Origin: Podarcis vaucheri | Taxonomy: Eukaryota | Strand: one strand, 5' to 3' | Assembly (NCBI GenBank): GCA_965113315.1 | Contig: OZ220372.1 | DNA length: 64,000 nucleotides | Shown here: piece after piece, positions 25,401 to 40,121 of the stretch | Layout of the letters: each line of letters starts with the position of its first letter | Position numbering within the stretch: the stretch's first letter is position 1 | Made by a program: the position numbers and the translations under genes | The notes under the pieces: generated by a model | Database searches by the model: none | What the model was told of the DNA's origin: nothing | The model's input: the letters and a program-made list of their open reading frames with translations, nothing else

Positions 25401-28400
25401 AGGCCTGCTCCCCAAAATATAGGCCAAGGGAGACTACCTAGGGGAGATGAGAGAATGCATGAGGGTGGAGAATGTGATAGTCAAGCAATATCGCTGAGCT
25501 ACACTCCTAGAACTACTACACAGTGCAGATACTTAAGGGTTTCACCTGGGTACAGAATTCATGATGGGAACAGGCAAGGGGTCAATGGAAAGCTGATCAC
25601 TGACACTGATATAATGCTTGGCTCTCTTCTAATAAAAACAACAACCACCAAAACTCTGGGGAATAAAAAATGGACAGGAGGGCATGATTTCACCTCTAAC
25701 AAATATTTTTTTAAAAAAGCTAATAGCCACCAAGGCCCCGATGATCTCCTTGCTGCTGCTCCTGCTTATACTATATACAAATCCCTTCATCATCACAGAG
25801 ATAATTTTAAGTTTTGGAGTTCTGAGATTTGGAAATGAAAGGGTTTTAATCAGTGCTTTTTTCTGGGGGGGACGCAGGGGTATGCATACCCCTAAACAAT
25901 TTGTGAAACTTTGTACTTTTGTCCCTTTACTGTATTTGTTTTTCCCAATTTGAACTATAAAATGGTGATTTTCTTGAGTCAAAATGAGAGTACCCCTAAA
26001 CATTTTTTTAAAGAAAAAAAAAGCACTGGTTTTAATTCTCAGTACTCCCTATCATGCCAGCCTGTGGGAAGCAATTGTACAAATATAACCAGCAAGAAAT
26101 ATGGCCACACTGAATATTTACTCATTTGGGTGTGTGTGTGTGTGTGAATGTACTGGATCCTTTCTTTGGAGGAGGGAAGAAATGTTTATTTAGGAAAAAG
26201 ACACAACCCCTGAAATCACTTTCAAAGTGCTGCCATTATTTGCCCCGCCGTCTGTCTCTTGGGTGCTATTCTCACTGCTCCCCACCCTGGGTTGTTTCTT
26301 TTCTAAAGTTACCCTAGCCAGCCAGGGGTCATGCAGTGACCTTGATGCTGAAATGCTTCACAGCTCATCAGACTCAGCTAAGTGCTGATATCATCATAGG
26401 CAAACAAAGCCTATTCGGGTGGTGCTCTGAATAGACAAAGAATTGCTGCCCTATTTGCAGCAATATATGTACATTCACCAAAAGGGCGTCTGCCCTCTTT
26501 CAACTCTGACAAATATATTTGTGCAAATGGCACCCCTTTGTACCTTACCCGTCGCCCCCCCCCCCAAATGGTATGTTTGCCTCCCTGACAGATTTGGAAG
26601 GGGCTAGTTGGGTCAGTGAAATGGGGACGGCTTGGTAGCTGTCAATGAGTGACTTACTTTCAGTGTCATCTCAGCAACGAAGATCGCTGTGAAGATGTAA
26701 TTGGATACCGTAAGGAAGATTCTCTCCTGGAATAATCAAAGGCAGCCTCAGAATAGATCTAGCAAGAGCTCTGCAGTTTGAGTCATTGCAACAAGCTTGG
26801 CAAATCCTACTTGGTTGCTAAGAGCCAGGTGGGTCTAAAAGTCTAGGGCACTTTAAGGTCAGCTGCCAAAAGCATCGCCCTACCCAGCATCTCAAGTACA
26901 TTATAATATGCTGTCGTCCTTCCTAGTCTACCGTTGTGGCCCAATCAGTTCCTAGTGGATGTGGTAGAAATAAAAAAATGAATGTGAACAGGCCAGCGAC
27001 TGAGGTTTTCTTTTCATTTACATTCACAAATACCTAAAGAAAAGATACAAACACAACAAAGGACATGGTCACATTGCCAGTTACACTGCATCCAGTGCAT
27101 TCCCACTGCTAGTTTTAGAAGTCACATTCCCACGACACGAGCCACAATCCATGCTGACCCTGTACTTGGTCGACAAATACTGCTATTTGATGCGTTTCCT
27201 CCTCAAAGCAGCTTCAATTTGACTAGAAAACTAGATGCAGAGTTAGCAGTCATGGGACCGTGCCCTAATAAACCATTGTGCATGCACAGATGACAGCCTC
27301 ATAAATGGGAGTTCTGGGGGAGGGGGGTTTGCAGGGGTGAGGAAACAAAACAGGTAATGCCCCATCCCGTCTCTGATGTGAACTGTGCAAATGCAGCTTA
27401 AAACGCAGCAGGGGGGAAATGAACCTGCTGCATTTTGTTGTGAACATGCCCCCCAGTTGTGAACTGTTACACCATTGAATAGAATCCTCAGGTAGATGGT
27501 GCTCATAGCAATCACGTCAAGTATGTGGCTCTTCTGTGGTTGAGGCAAACTGTTCACAGAACATAGGAAACTGCCTTATAACAGCAACATATATAGATGT
27601 TCATTTGGCCCAGCAGCAGCTCTCCCAGGTCTCAAGCAGAGGACCTTCTCATTACTTGCCAGGTGAGCCTTTTAACTAGAGATGTCAGGGATTGAATTTG
27701 GAGCCTTCTGCATTCAAAGTGTGTCCTCTGTCACTAAGCTATGGTTCCCCCCACTACCGGGCACAGCACTGGACTGTTATCTTGTCACTGCCATCCCACC
27801 TAAACCCACCTAGACCCACATGTGCAGAAGGGAGGCTTGTTCACACAGTTTGCCATGAGCTGGAAAGTGCTACCTGCTATGTGCCCAAGGGTCATATGTG
27901 GAATTTCGCAAGCCTCGTCTCAGGAATGTGAAAACAGTCTTCAGTGTGTATGTTCTCCTGATTATACATTGAAAAGCTAATCCCCAAAGCACACAGATAA
28001 ACCATCTTATCTAACTTTCATCTTCAGTGTTGTCATGTACACAATGAGTTTCCCTCTTATTGGCAGGTGTATAGATTTCCAATACATGAGAAAGATATGT
28101 GTTTTCCTCATTTTTCACTATCATTGGCTGCTGTTCTAGTAATTTAAGGAAGTACCATTCTGAAGTTTTAGATAGGAAACGTTTTCTTCACATAGAATAT
28201 ATTGTCAAGGATTTCATCTGAATGGCTAAAGTATTTTACGAGCATGTGCTCTTTTATGTCACACACATTTATCCATTTATCTAAAATAAATATTCTGACA
28301 ATTACTAACACAGATGAGAAATATTATCACTCTAACTCAGGACAGGAGGCCCTTTTCAGGCAGAGTGCCAAATCACCCTGGTAAAAGAGGTTTAGGGCTG

Positions 28401-31400
28401 TATACTAGTAGTGGCAGGCCCAACCTCACACAGAGACTCACACAGAGACACATACATGCAATCACACATATACAAAGCTGCTTCCAATGGAAACAGAGAC
28501 ATACATTTAATTCTTAGTAAAACTACTCAAGTTTCACTTTCCATTTTCTCCATAGACTCCATAGTTTGTAAAAGAAAAAAGAAAAAAGCTCTCCAACATC
28601 CTTTCTATGTCCCAATTGTGCAAAAGGTAAAAAGAACTCTGCAATCCCACAAGAATGCAAATAAAGTCAATGCAGAGCTGAACTGCCAGCCCTGCCTTAA
28701 CAGCTGTTCAAAGCTTTAAACTTCAGCTGCATCCTGAAAGTTGTATACATGCAATTGCAAAAATGCAAAATGCATGAATGACTTTTTGCATATTTGCAAG
28801 GAACACCAGTCTACCTCTCTGCTAATACCCATTCTCCTCTGCTTTGAGCTTCTTTCAAAGGAAAGAGCTGCAAACGCACATTTTGCATGGCATCAGAGCT
28901 CTTTTTCCTCTTGGCTCCTCCTCACTGAATGGAAAGCAGATGGAACTCCAAGGGCCAGGTGGAATTTGGCTGCTGCACATCTGGCTTATGGACCAAGGGT
29001 TCCTCATACCTGCTCTAAACCATAGGTGTGTTCTCAAGATACTTTGCAGAAGGTCTGCTAGTTAATCTGCAACTAATACTATATGCACTCTTGTCAAACA
29101 AGTCATGTATAAGCAAAGAGAGTTGATACCCCCAAGTCTTTCAAATCCATCTTTTGTGTCGAGGGTGGACTTTGGTCTTTCAAATTTCAGTAGTGCCCTG
29201 TGTGAGGTCAAAATTCAGTGCCTCCACTGCCTCTCACTTTCTGCTCTGTGTGCACACTATGTCATAGTGGTGATGCCCTGTGGCGCCCCCCCCCCCAGAT
29301 TGGTGTCCAGTGCAGGGGAACCAGGCATGATGCCCTAAATCCGCCTCTATTTATATGCAGAGTCTCACAACTGTACATGAATACAAAGGAAAACAATCCT
29401 CTGCCCATGAAATGCTGCTTTTGAAGTCGACAATTTTTACCAACATATAAAAAATGCTTTTGGAAGTTTCCAAACACAGTAAATAAGATCATTTTAGTGA
29501 CAGACTTTAACAAAGACAACCAGCTTTTCTTCACACCTGCATCAAGATGCACTGTTGAAAGCATTTGTGTAGCTGCCCCACAAAAGCTCCCCTAAGCTTC
29601 TATGGTCCATCTGAACAGGTTATAGTACTCACTGTGCTTCTCTGTTCAATCTGTGGTCTCTCCAGGGCAATCGTGATGCAGTTCAGGAAAATGAAGGCCA
29701 GGACAATGTAATCAAACAGCTTATGGGCGATGATAGTTTGACAGAGGATGCGAAATCTGAAAGACAGTTCACTTGTTTGTGAAGTGCATATGTTTCTAAG
29801 GGATGATAGGGGTAGTGAGAAGGTTTGGGGGAAGTAGAAGATGATAAAATTACTCCCTGAAACTTAAGCTGTTAAACCTCCCGTTCAAAATTCTTTTGGT
29901 TTCACTTGAAGACTGTGCAACTGATTTAATTAGTATTGCCTCATGGCAAACTTTTAGAACCTCCCATTTTATTAATAATAAATAGAAGTAAATTTGAGAG
30001 CTGGAATAATTTCCTCTGCTGCTATAAGCTTTGCAAAATAATGCAGAAAGTATTGTGAAAAGAAGATACAGTAGTACAACATTGCTAAAAAATACATCAT
30101 GGTGTATGTTTGATAGTGTAACGCAGGGCTCAGCAAACAATTTCAGCAGGGGGGCGGTCCACTGTCCCTCAGACCTTGTGGGGGGCCAGACTATTTTTTT
30201 TTTTGGGGGGGATGAACGAATTCCTATGCCCCACAAAAAACCCAGAGATGCATTTTAAATAAAAGCACACGTTCTACTCATGTAAAAACACGCTGATTCC
30301 CAGACTGTCCGTGGGCTTGTTTTAGAAGGCGATTGGGCCAGATCCGGCCCCCGGGCCTAAGTCTGCCTACCCATGATGTAATGCATAAACCAACCATGTG
30401 CTCTAAAAGATGTGCAGGTATGATTGAAGGTAAATGCAAAAAATTCAAGGCAGCGTGGTAGTATCCCACCCCAATTTGCCCATCCCCCACCCCCCACAAA
30501 CAAGTAAAAGTAAATTTGATGTTAGCTGCTCTGAGCCCGGCTGTGGCTGGGGAGGGCGGGATATAAATAAAATTTATTATTATTATTATTATTAAAGGAC
30601 ACATACTTGTTTTGTGGTGAGAAAAGGTAGATGGACCAGTCTTCACGCAACTCACACCAGTCTGGCTTGTAGGCCTCTATCATCTTTTTGATACGGAAAC
30701 ACAGGCTCTGTGAAAAGTGAGGCAAGAACATCAGAAGTTGCCGCCTTCTTCACTTTCCCCACATGAGCAAGACTCCTTTAACGCCTTGCATACCAAAAAC
30801 TGAGAAACCTCTCAAGTACAGCTTCTTCATCTATATGGATCATTGATGACCCACCATGCCCCATGCCGGGTAAGAAAATGACTTGAAATCACAGCTGTGG
30901 GAGACGATGATGGCATGGACAGAGCATTCAGAAGTTTCTCTCTGATCTGACATAAAACTGAAGGGCTGAAAAGAGAACTTCAAGGTCATCAGAGCCAACT
31001 GCAAGCACCATGGCAGGATTAATGAACTAATTTACCTCATAGAAAGTAGAGAATCAGCACTGCCATTCTGACTTAGACTGAAAGCTTTGCTGATTGGGCA
31101 ACACTTAAAATTATTAACAGCCACGGGCTACTGAAACAGCTCAGAGCATTGCCTTCTACAGAGAAAACCCCCAAATGTCCCTTACTGAAACTGACATTTC
31201 ACACCTGGTGAAATCCAGTGAGTCCCTTAGAGAGAGAATTTTATGTAGCCGAGACTGAATCCTGAGCACCCTCACTTGGGTGTTGGGAGTAAGTCTCAGG
31301 GAATCAGACTCAATTTGAAGTAACATTGCATAAAGGTCACAGTAATTTTTCAAACGTTGGCTACATCAGAGGTTTGTGCATTCTTACTAATATTGCCTAT

Positions 31401-31976
31401 TCCATAAGTAACAGAGAGACACAGTTAGAGGCATGCAGGTATCCATGGGGATGTTCCTAATGCCAAAATAAAAAAGGAGAGTCTGAGATATAGTATAAGA
31501 GGAAATATTCTACTAACACATCTGGAATTTCAGACAAGACTCAGGCTAAGGACAGGGCTTCAGAGAGATACACGTAAAGCCTAATCACTGCTGATTTTAA
31601 AAAACAAGAAAACCTATGAAGTTTGATAGGATTCTGCTGTACTTGTGGGTGGGATTTTTAGCTGTTCTTGGTGTATGACAGAGATTGAATTTTCATGTCT
31701 TGTAAGCTGCCTTGCGTGGGCAGTGTGCCCTGAAAGGTGGTAGAAGCACTCTGAAACTAATTAAATAATGCCAGAAGAGTCTATGGCTTGGGAAATCGGG
31801 GGAACCATAGAGTTCTATAGAGTTCTTCAAAAGCTGATCACTCTTCAATGAGAAGATCAGAATGGGCAGCTCACTCACCACTAGGGAAGGACAAATATCT
31901 CAAGTTTCGTCTTTGTCAGTGTCTATTTTTTTTCTATTGTCAAGTTCAGTGCTCCACATTTCTGTATCAGTTTGTG

Positions 31977-32020
<44 letters not shown>

Positions 32021-35000
32021 GAAAACTGATCAGCATTCTAATGCAAATTTCTCCTAACATACATGGGTTGGTATAAAATTTTGCCTGATATACACATTCC
32101 AATAGGCAATTTTCCTGAGTAGAATGCGTTTTCATATGGTATTTTCACTAATATATGCATTCTTATGCACATTTTTACCTACTATTTCCTTCCTTGGTAG
32201 AAGAAGAAGAAGAAGAAGAAAAAGAAGAAGAAGAAGAAGAAGAAGAAGAGTAGGAGTAGTAGTTTGGATTTGATATCCCGCTTTATCACTACCCTAAGGA
32301 GACTCAAAGCGGCTAACATTCTCCTTTCCCTTCCTCCCCCACAACCAACACTCTGTGAGGTGAGTGGGGCTGAGAGACTTCAGAGAAGTGTGACTGACCC
32401 AAGGTCACTCAGCAGCTGCATGTGGAGGAGCGGAGACCGAACCTGGTTCCCCAGATTACGTGTCCACAGCTCTTAGCCACTACACCACACGGGCTCTCTG
32501 GTATGCATTATTTAATTGAAGAACTGCAACACAAAGTCACAGAACACAATGTTCTTTTCAGAGAACATGACATGAAAAGCATTTCATGGGAGATGTTTTG
32601 GAAAGGGTTCTGTTAGAGCTTCACTGTGATCTCTCTTTGCACAGTACAGTCAGGAAGTTCTGGGCTGGCCCAGCTCATCTTCTTAACCGCTATGATGGTT
32701 CTCCTCAACATTACAAAGTCCTAATGCCCCTTTAGCGGAGGAAGCAACTACTTACATAGTCTATCTCCTCCTCGTCTTCTCCATGGTCTTTGCGGTTGTT
32801 CATTTCTGGGAACATATCCTTAGCAATGTTGGGCATTTTGCCATTGCAGTTCTGGTGCTCACTGGGCCCTGTGGTCACACCCATTTTCCGCAAAGGCCTG
32901 TGATTGGATAGGACCGTGGGTGCCAACTCCACCAGTTCAGAGGAGCCTTTGGTGTCCAAGGAGAGGGTTCGCCGATGGTGGTGAACTCTGACTAGCCCTT
33001 CCTGTTCACCCTCTGATGCCCTGTGTCGTTCCCCGGATAAGAGGGACTCGTGCTCAGCTGAAGGAGGCTTGTGCTTGAGGCTGTGTCCCCGGGCAAGGCT
33101 GTTCCAGCTGGAGCGGCGGCTCCCCCAGCCCCCAGTCCGGCTCCAGGCACCGTAATGAGAACTACGAGAGCTAGACTGCAATAAATCCAAGAGAGGGTTC
33201 AGCGCCCCCACCCAAACAGGAAAGCAGCACAAGTCAACAACCTCAGCCATTTATTTATTCAGAATGTTTTTAGACCATCTTTCATTAGGAAAACCACATG
33301 AGGCAGTTCAGAATCAACACAGATCATTAAAATTACAATGGAACAACAACTTACTTCAGACTAGTTGCTTTTACTTCAAGCTCTTTTAACTGTAAATTAG
33401 AGGTATGTGGTTTTGGCTTGGTCATCATAATAACTAAGTCACAGCATACGGTACATTGGCTGTCACCCACCAGGAGCACTGCTTTCCTTCATCAACACCC
33501 AACCACCCAGCATGACTCTTATCCATTTCCATAGGGCTGGAAGGGAAATTGATCTTGCACATTCTAACAGCGGGGACAACGAGTTCTGGAAAACCATGGG
33601 GGATGTGGAGCAGAAATTCATGGAAGAGACAGCTTTCCATGGCTACTAGTCAGGATGGCTATAGATTATCTACAGGACCAGATGCAACATGTCTCTGGAT
33701 GCCAGTCACTAGGGAACAGCAGGAGAATAGGGCTATCACTCCTTCAATCTGCTTATGGGCTTCTCAAAGACACCTGACTGGCCTCTGAAGGTAACTGGAT
33801 GTTTTGGTCTGATCCACCAGTGCTCTTCTTACATTTGAACTGAAGCTGGAGTTTGGATTAAGGTTTGGATTAAGAGAGATGTTGCTTAAGCTATAGTACA
33901 TATGAGTTGAGGAGTGTTGGAAAATGTAGCCAATGGCAAGCTTGAGAGGAAGCAATAGCCCAGTACCAGAGAACATGCTCTGAATGTAGAAGAACTTATT
34001 CTCTGGTACCATAAAGTAAATGCTTATTCTCAGGTGTTAGGACTGGAAATCATTGTAGTATGTTGGCTTTAGGCAACATGTGCTACAGCTAGATTTAAAT
34101 TCACCCACCAGAGACATCACACTGCTTTTCCTGGATTCGAGGGCCATGAGGACTTGGTCTGGCTGCAGAGTATTGCGGGAAGGGTTGGGAATTCCAGCAG
34201 CTGCTCCAGGCTGGTTGAGACACGGAAGGCTGGGGTCAAGATGTCCATTTGGGGTCATGGGAATTGCACAAAGCTTTGGATCTGAGCAGAAAAATGCAAA
34301 GGAAAGAGAGCAAAGGACACTCCTTTTTCCACCCAGAAAGCCCTTCGATAAATGCATTCACGTGCTTTCAGATATATAGTGAACTCGAAGGAACTGTGTT
34401 CATACATAAATTCCACATACATAGATTCAGACTTTGGCGCGATCTCCATAGCAATGCCTCTAGGAAATAGGGAGAACAATATGGAAGAACAAAAAGTATC
34501 CTTCTCCTCCATCACCCAATAGCTTCTGCTTTGACAGTGCTTCATACTTCTCCCATTAAATCTGGGAAACGTTATCCTTGGGAGAAAGTAAAGCTTATTC
34601 TTTATTGCCCAAATGCTTAGCAAAGAAGATTCTTGCAGTAGGCACTCCACTGCAGCAGCAGGAGAACTGATGCAGTAGCAATAGCTATCCTTAGTGTGAG
34701 CAGCTTAATATTCACATACATGGAAAGAAGCAAAACTGCAATGACTGATGATACCCCCCCTCCCTGCTTTCAAATCGAAGGCAGCTGTAGCTTTGTTCCT
34801 GCAGCAGGCACACATTACAAAAGGAGAATATAGTAAAAATGAGAGAAACCGATGAAGACATTAACCAATCCGTGACAAGCTGTTTTGTATCCTATGTTTG
34901 AGAGCCCCCTCTGTGTCTCCAGACCAACACCAGCAAGTCTCTTTTCATTTGTATCTGGGAATCTACTACCAGACATGTCCTGACTTCCCTGGAAGCAGAG

Positions 35001-38000
35001 CGCCTATTGAGCCATTTGGCCTTGGAAACCCATTAGCAGTATTAGGGGTTTTGAGGTTCTGAAGCAAGCAGACAACCAGTGAAGTTCCCTCCAGGTTGGG
35101 CACCCTACAAACCAGCAGCAAATAAAAACTGAAGTCCAGAAGCAGAGGCAGAGATGTATCTTTAGAATGGTACACACTGTTGGGTGCTGCCATATGGTAA
35201 AGAGAAAAGATCATTGCTCCCAACACAAAGGTAAAATGCAATTTCTCTCTTCAAGTACCACTCCAATGTAGTAAGGGTGCCTGACTGGCATGCATTTCCA
35301 TTGTAAGTTGCCCCCATCACTTTCTTTAAACCCCAAACTCCCAGCGAACTTCCCCCTCTTCACTGTGGTCCTTAATAAGAATATGCAGGCTTGTAACTGG
35401 CATTTACAGCTGTTTGTGTTAAGGGCAATTTGCAGTATTCTTAAAGAAGTGCAGAGGGTATTGCTTTGGCTATCACACAAACAAAATTCTGCCGCCCTGT
35501 CTTTTGGCTGATTTTACTGATGTTTGAATCCAACCTTTTGTCAAGTCAAATCAGTAGCCACAGGGTATTTTACACAGATTTTTTATTTCCGTCTGATGTG
35601 CTTTGTGTGATTTGAACACTAGGGGTTTGATTGAAACTCAGTGTGGGAGCCCTGTTCCATCAGCAGCTTGAACATCTTCATCATTGTTATCCTAGTTCCT
35701 ATGAGGTCGAGTAGGAAAGCCAAGTATCCTGATTTCGCCAAGCCTGTCTAGGACATCACTGTTGCCTTTCAAAGAGAAGTGACAGGATCTGGGCCACAGC
35801 GTGTCCAAAAGGCACCAAAATCCTTTAGTAAAACATTGCAATAGCTTTGCCTTTTACTATTAGAAATGCAAATGCATTTGAAGTGTCCATTGCTGTGGAC
35901 TCAGAGCACATTTGGGGAAGAGGAAGATGAAAAGGGAAAGCTGTAGCTCAGTGGTAGAGAAACTGCTTTGCATGCAAAAGGCCCTAGTTTGATCCCCAGT
36001 GTCTCCAGATATGGCTAAGACAGAGAATCCTGCCTGCAACTCTGGAGAGCCACTGTCAATCAGTGTAGACATTATTGAACTAAATGGACCAATGGTCTCA
36101 CTCAGTATAGACATTACTGAACTAAATGGACCAATGGTCTCACTCAGTATAAGGCAGCTTCTTATGTTCCTAAGGAGGGAACTTTCCAAGATGTTATGTT
36201 TTCACATATAAAAGCAGAGACCAACACAACTGTAAGTAGGATCCAAGATTATTCCGCTCTTACATGGCAATCAAAAGTAAGACCTACTGAGATCAATGGG
36301 GATTACTCCCAGGTAAGTCACTACGATTGCAGCCTAATTCAAAGTTGCAAGGTAGTTATGCTAATAAGCCAGAATTGCAGCCAATCTTGAGAAATAGGGA
36401 AAATGGGCAATATTAAGTAATAGACTTTATTTTGCTACTCTCATGAAAACCAATATATTCACAAATTAGATTTCATGCAGCGGTTCTCACTGCAGTTATA
36501 GTCATGCAGAATTCCTATACCACCTTCTCTTACCCGAGCCATCTTGGAATTTGTCAAACTCCTCATTGTTTGATGAACTCTGATCGTCATCTGAATATGA
36601 CCGGTTAGCATCACCCTGCATTGGGAAAATAAAATCAAAGACCTGGGAATTGTGAGCATCCTGAGAGCAAAGGAGGTGCTTCCCTGTGATTCCAGCATTT
36701 TGTGGCTTCCGCTTGGTAGGGAATTTCCAAGGCAAGGCAAACTACTTTATGGAAATCATTAGCTGACATGCCACTGAACAGAAGAGACGATACCTTAGTG
36801 TCCAGGCCATGTAATGGCACATGTCCTTGCTTTTCTTGCAGTTGCTTTGAAAACCACCCTCCGCAAACATGTTCCTTGGAAGATCACTGGACATGGGATG
36901 CCTTGCCACCCTTTCTAAACCCTTCAGGCTATATCCCCAACCAGCTATAGATGTGTGCCGTACCCTCCCTGAAAGCAGCTACTGTAGCAACTCACCTCGG
37001 CCTGGAATCCCTCCACCAAGATGGCCACCAGCAGATTGAACAGAACATAATTGCCAAATGTCATGAGAGCCACAAAGTAAAGAGATGCCCATGGTGAAGT
37101 TGAGGCCATGCCATTGTAGAGCACAACATTCCAGTCCTCCTGAGTCAAGATCTGTAACACAGAACCCAAGCTTGCAAAGTCAAATCAAGAACAAAAAATG
37201 CAGGCTGGAAAATCCATTAACTGACAGGTAAAAAGTATCTCATTAGTTTTATCCTTTTCAGCCCGCTCATATACATGAACTTTTTTCTGTTTTGGTCATG
37301 ATATTTTTTTCCCCTGAGGAGATGCATTGTCTGTGTTGTGCTGTTCCAATGCCACAAGCACTCTCTGAAATGTAGTGGGTTGTCATTTACAGTTCACTGT
37401 AGAGTAGCAGAAACACTGTGGCTCCTTTACCAGTGGGCCAAGCTGAGCTCACAATCATTAGTGGGTTGCAACTGATGGCATGGTGTTAAGCATAGCAGCA
37501 GGCCCACAAGCCTGATGGTTCAAATCCTATCCTTTCCTTTAATCACTCCTTGTTTCTGGGAAGACATGCCTCCTTCTCACCCCCTCATTCCCCTTTCCTA
37601 TTTCTTGGTCTTACCTGGAACACTGTGACAATAGCCCAAAGTAGGGAGTCAAAATTCTTCCGGTCAGGGACTGTGTCTCCTGTGTCAGTCCGGAGGCTGA
37701 ATTTACACCCAAAGATGTGCATTCCCAGGATGCTGTTGGAAAGAACAGTTTTTTTATTTTTAAATCAACACATTTCTGCTGTAATTTTCATTATTGAAAT
37801 GTTCTTATTTATTTACCACATATGTATCCTATCCTTCTACTAAAGAAACTGGGGCAATACATACATGGCTTGTCACAGGACCCAGAGCTCTGCCTCCTCA
37901 TCCCCTGAAGAAGAGGTCATGGATATAGGGAACATCTTGGACTGAGAGGAGGATTTGCCCTCAGAACCAGCCTTTGGTGTCCCTACCTCCTTGGGAATTC

Positions 38001-39066
38001 TAGCACCAGGAGAACCTGTCATGCCAGTGCCTCTCTGGCTGGAAGAGGCTGCCTTGCCTTCCTCAGACTCCAGTTAGGAGGCTGCAGCAGAACTCCAGAC
38101 TCCACCATATTGCTGGGTCATGGGTCACTCATTTGCGACTTAGATAACTAGTTCTAATCCCATCTATCTGTCTGTTTATTTATCTGCTCTGTCTGTTGTT
38201 AACCCTGGGTAACTGTCAGCAATACCCATACTTAAAGGGTTTGAATGTCTGTTCCTCTACCTGCACATTCCTGTTAGCGCAGCAGTTCAGGGTTTCCTGA
38301 CTAGCTACTTTGCATTTATCTTGATTTTGTGAACTGTCATTTTAATTGGTGATTTCCTGAATTGTTCAGATCCTGGCATTATCGCACATTGTTTTCCATT
38401 AAGGGCACAGAAACAGTGTTTAATTGCACATGACTCCCAAACGGAAGGCACAGAGAGCAGAGAGAGTTCACAACAATTTTCTCCCTTTAAATATAGCCCG
38501 GACTTGGTGCTTTTGGTTGTGAGGTTGGTTGCCAAGGGTGCTTTTTATCAGTTTAGGTTAGTTTGGCAGCTGTGGCCCTAGCTAGAGAAACCTGACCTAG
38601 CCACAGCGATGCATGGCTTTCTTACAACCAGGTTATATTACTGTAATGAACTGTGTGGGGCTTGCCCTTAAAGACTGTTTGGAAAATGCTGCTGGCACAG
38701 AATGTGGCTACTAAGACATCCAGATCATACTACACCTATGCTGCATCAGTTACATTGGCTACTTTTTCATTTCCAGGTCCAATTCAAGGTGCTTGTTTTA
38801 GCCTATACTATAAAACCCTAACTAGTTTGGGACTATGTTATCTGAAAGATAGTTAATACCTGCATGAGCCTAGCCCAACATCAACATCAGCACCTGAGAC
38901 CTTGCTCACTAGCCCACCAGTGAGACCCATTAGGCTGGTGGTGATGGGCAGGGGCTTTGTTAGTGGTGACCCCACACCTTTGGAATTCCCTTCCCATGGC
39001 ATTATCACTGCTGATCAAAACAAAACTCAGAAGACAGAAGTCTGCATTTAGCTGATTTGCACTGCT

Positions 39067-39106
<40 letters not shown>

Positions 39107-40075
39107 GTAATAATATTTTCCTGTGTTTTGAGTTTTGCAAAGCTGCCTTGTTAGAGTAGTGTGCCTTGAAAAGTGTTTTCCCCCTTAATACATCAAGTTT
39201 TAACAAACATCCTTTCTTGTGACTGAACAAGTAAAATGGATCTCATTCTGGGCAGTGTTCCTGCACCCTGGAATCCCTCTTTTCACCTGAATATAAAGAT
39301 AAACAGCATGAGGAGCATGCAGAAGGTAGCGACATTGTCCATGGTCTTCATGAGCACCACCAGCTGACGCCGCAAGGCAGGCATGAACCTCACCAGCTTC
39401 AACACCCTCAGTAGCCGGAATGTCCTCAACACGGACAGGCCACCATCAGCCTGGCCTATGATCTCCCAGATGCTACAAAACAGGGACAAAAGCAACAAGA
39501 GACAAGGGAGGGGGAGGGAGGGCCAGAGTGAGACCTTGAGAAAAGTAATAGAAAGGAATCTCAAAGGATGATGAATGAGAGTGTGAAGATTATAAATAGA
39601 AGCAAGTTTTATTTGAGTCATCTTTAACTGAGATTCAGGTAGACTGTGTTTGCCAGAGAGCGGGAAGGAGGGAGATAATTTCTGTTGTCAATTGCACTGG
39701 TGTCTATAAACCAAGTATCCCTATGTGTAAGAAATACAAAGTTTGTCTGAATTAATTTTGTGTGAACAAAATACACTTGCTTATAACTCATGAGTTATTC
39801 TTTGTTCTTTGGAGTTAATGTTCCCCTTATATCCTTCCCTTAGTCAATTTCAACAGGTTTCTTCCAGGTTCCTTCAGGATCTCTCCTGAAAGCATTATTA
39901 TACAAAGATGTTATGATGCTCCACAGAAGTGAAGGCTTGTTTCCAGCCTCAAGAACCAGAAGGGAAGAAACAAAGGGTGAAAACAACTACAGCTTAGCCA
40001 AAATGGCAGCCCCAGTTCACTGCCCCCCCCACGTTTGCAGGTGGCAACTGTTTTGGTAACCTTCAAATGAGCCAT

Positions 40076-40121
<46 letters not shown>

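Noticed and set aside
35934-36010. tRNA-Ala-like sequence
   Set aside because: SINE head: degenerate cloverleaf that continues into the SINE body.
36061-36150. CRISPR-like direct repeats
   Set aside because: Adjacent 42-bp tandem duplication with no spacers, in eukaryotic DNA.
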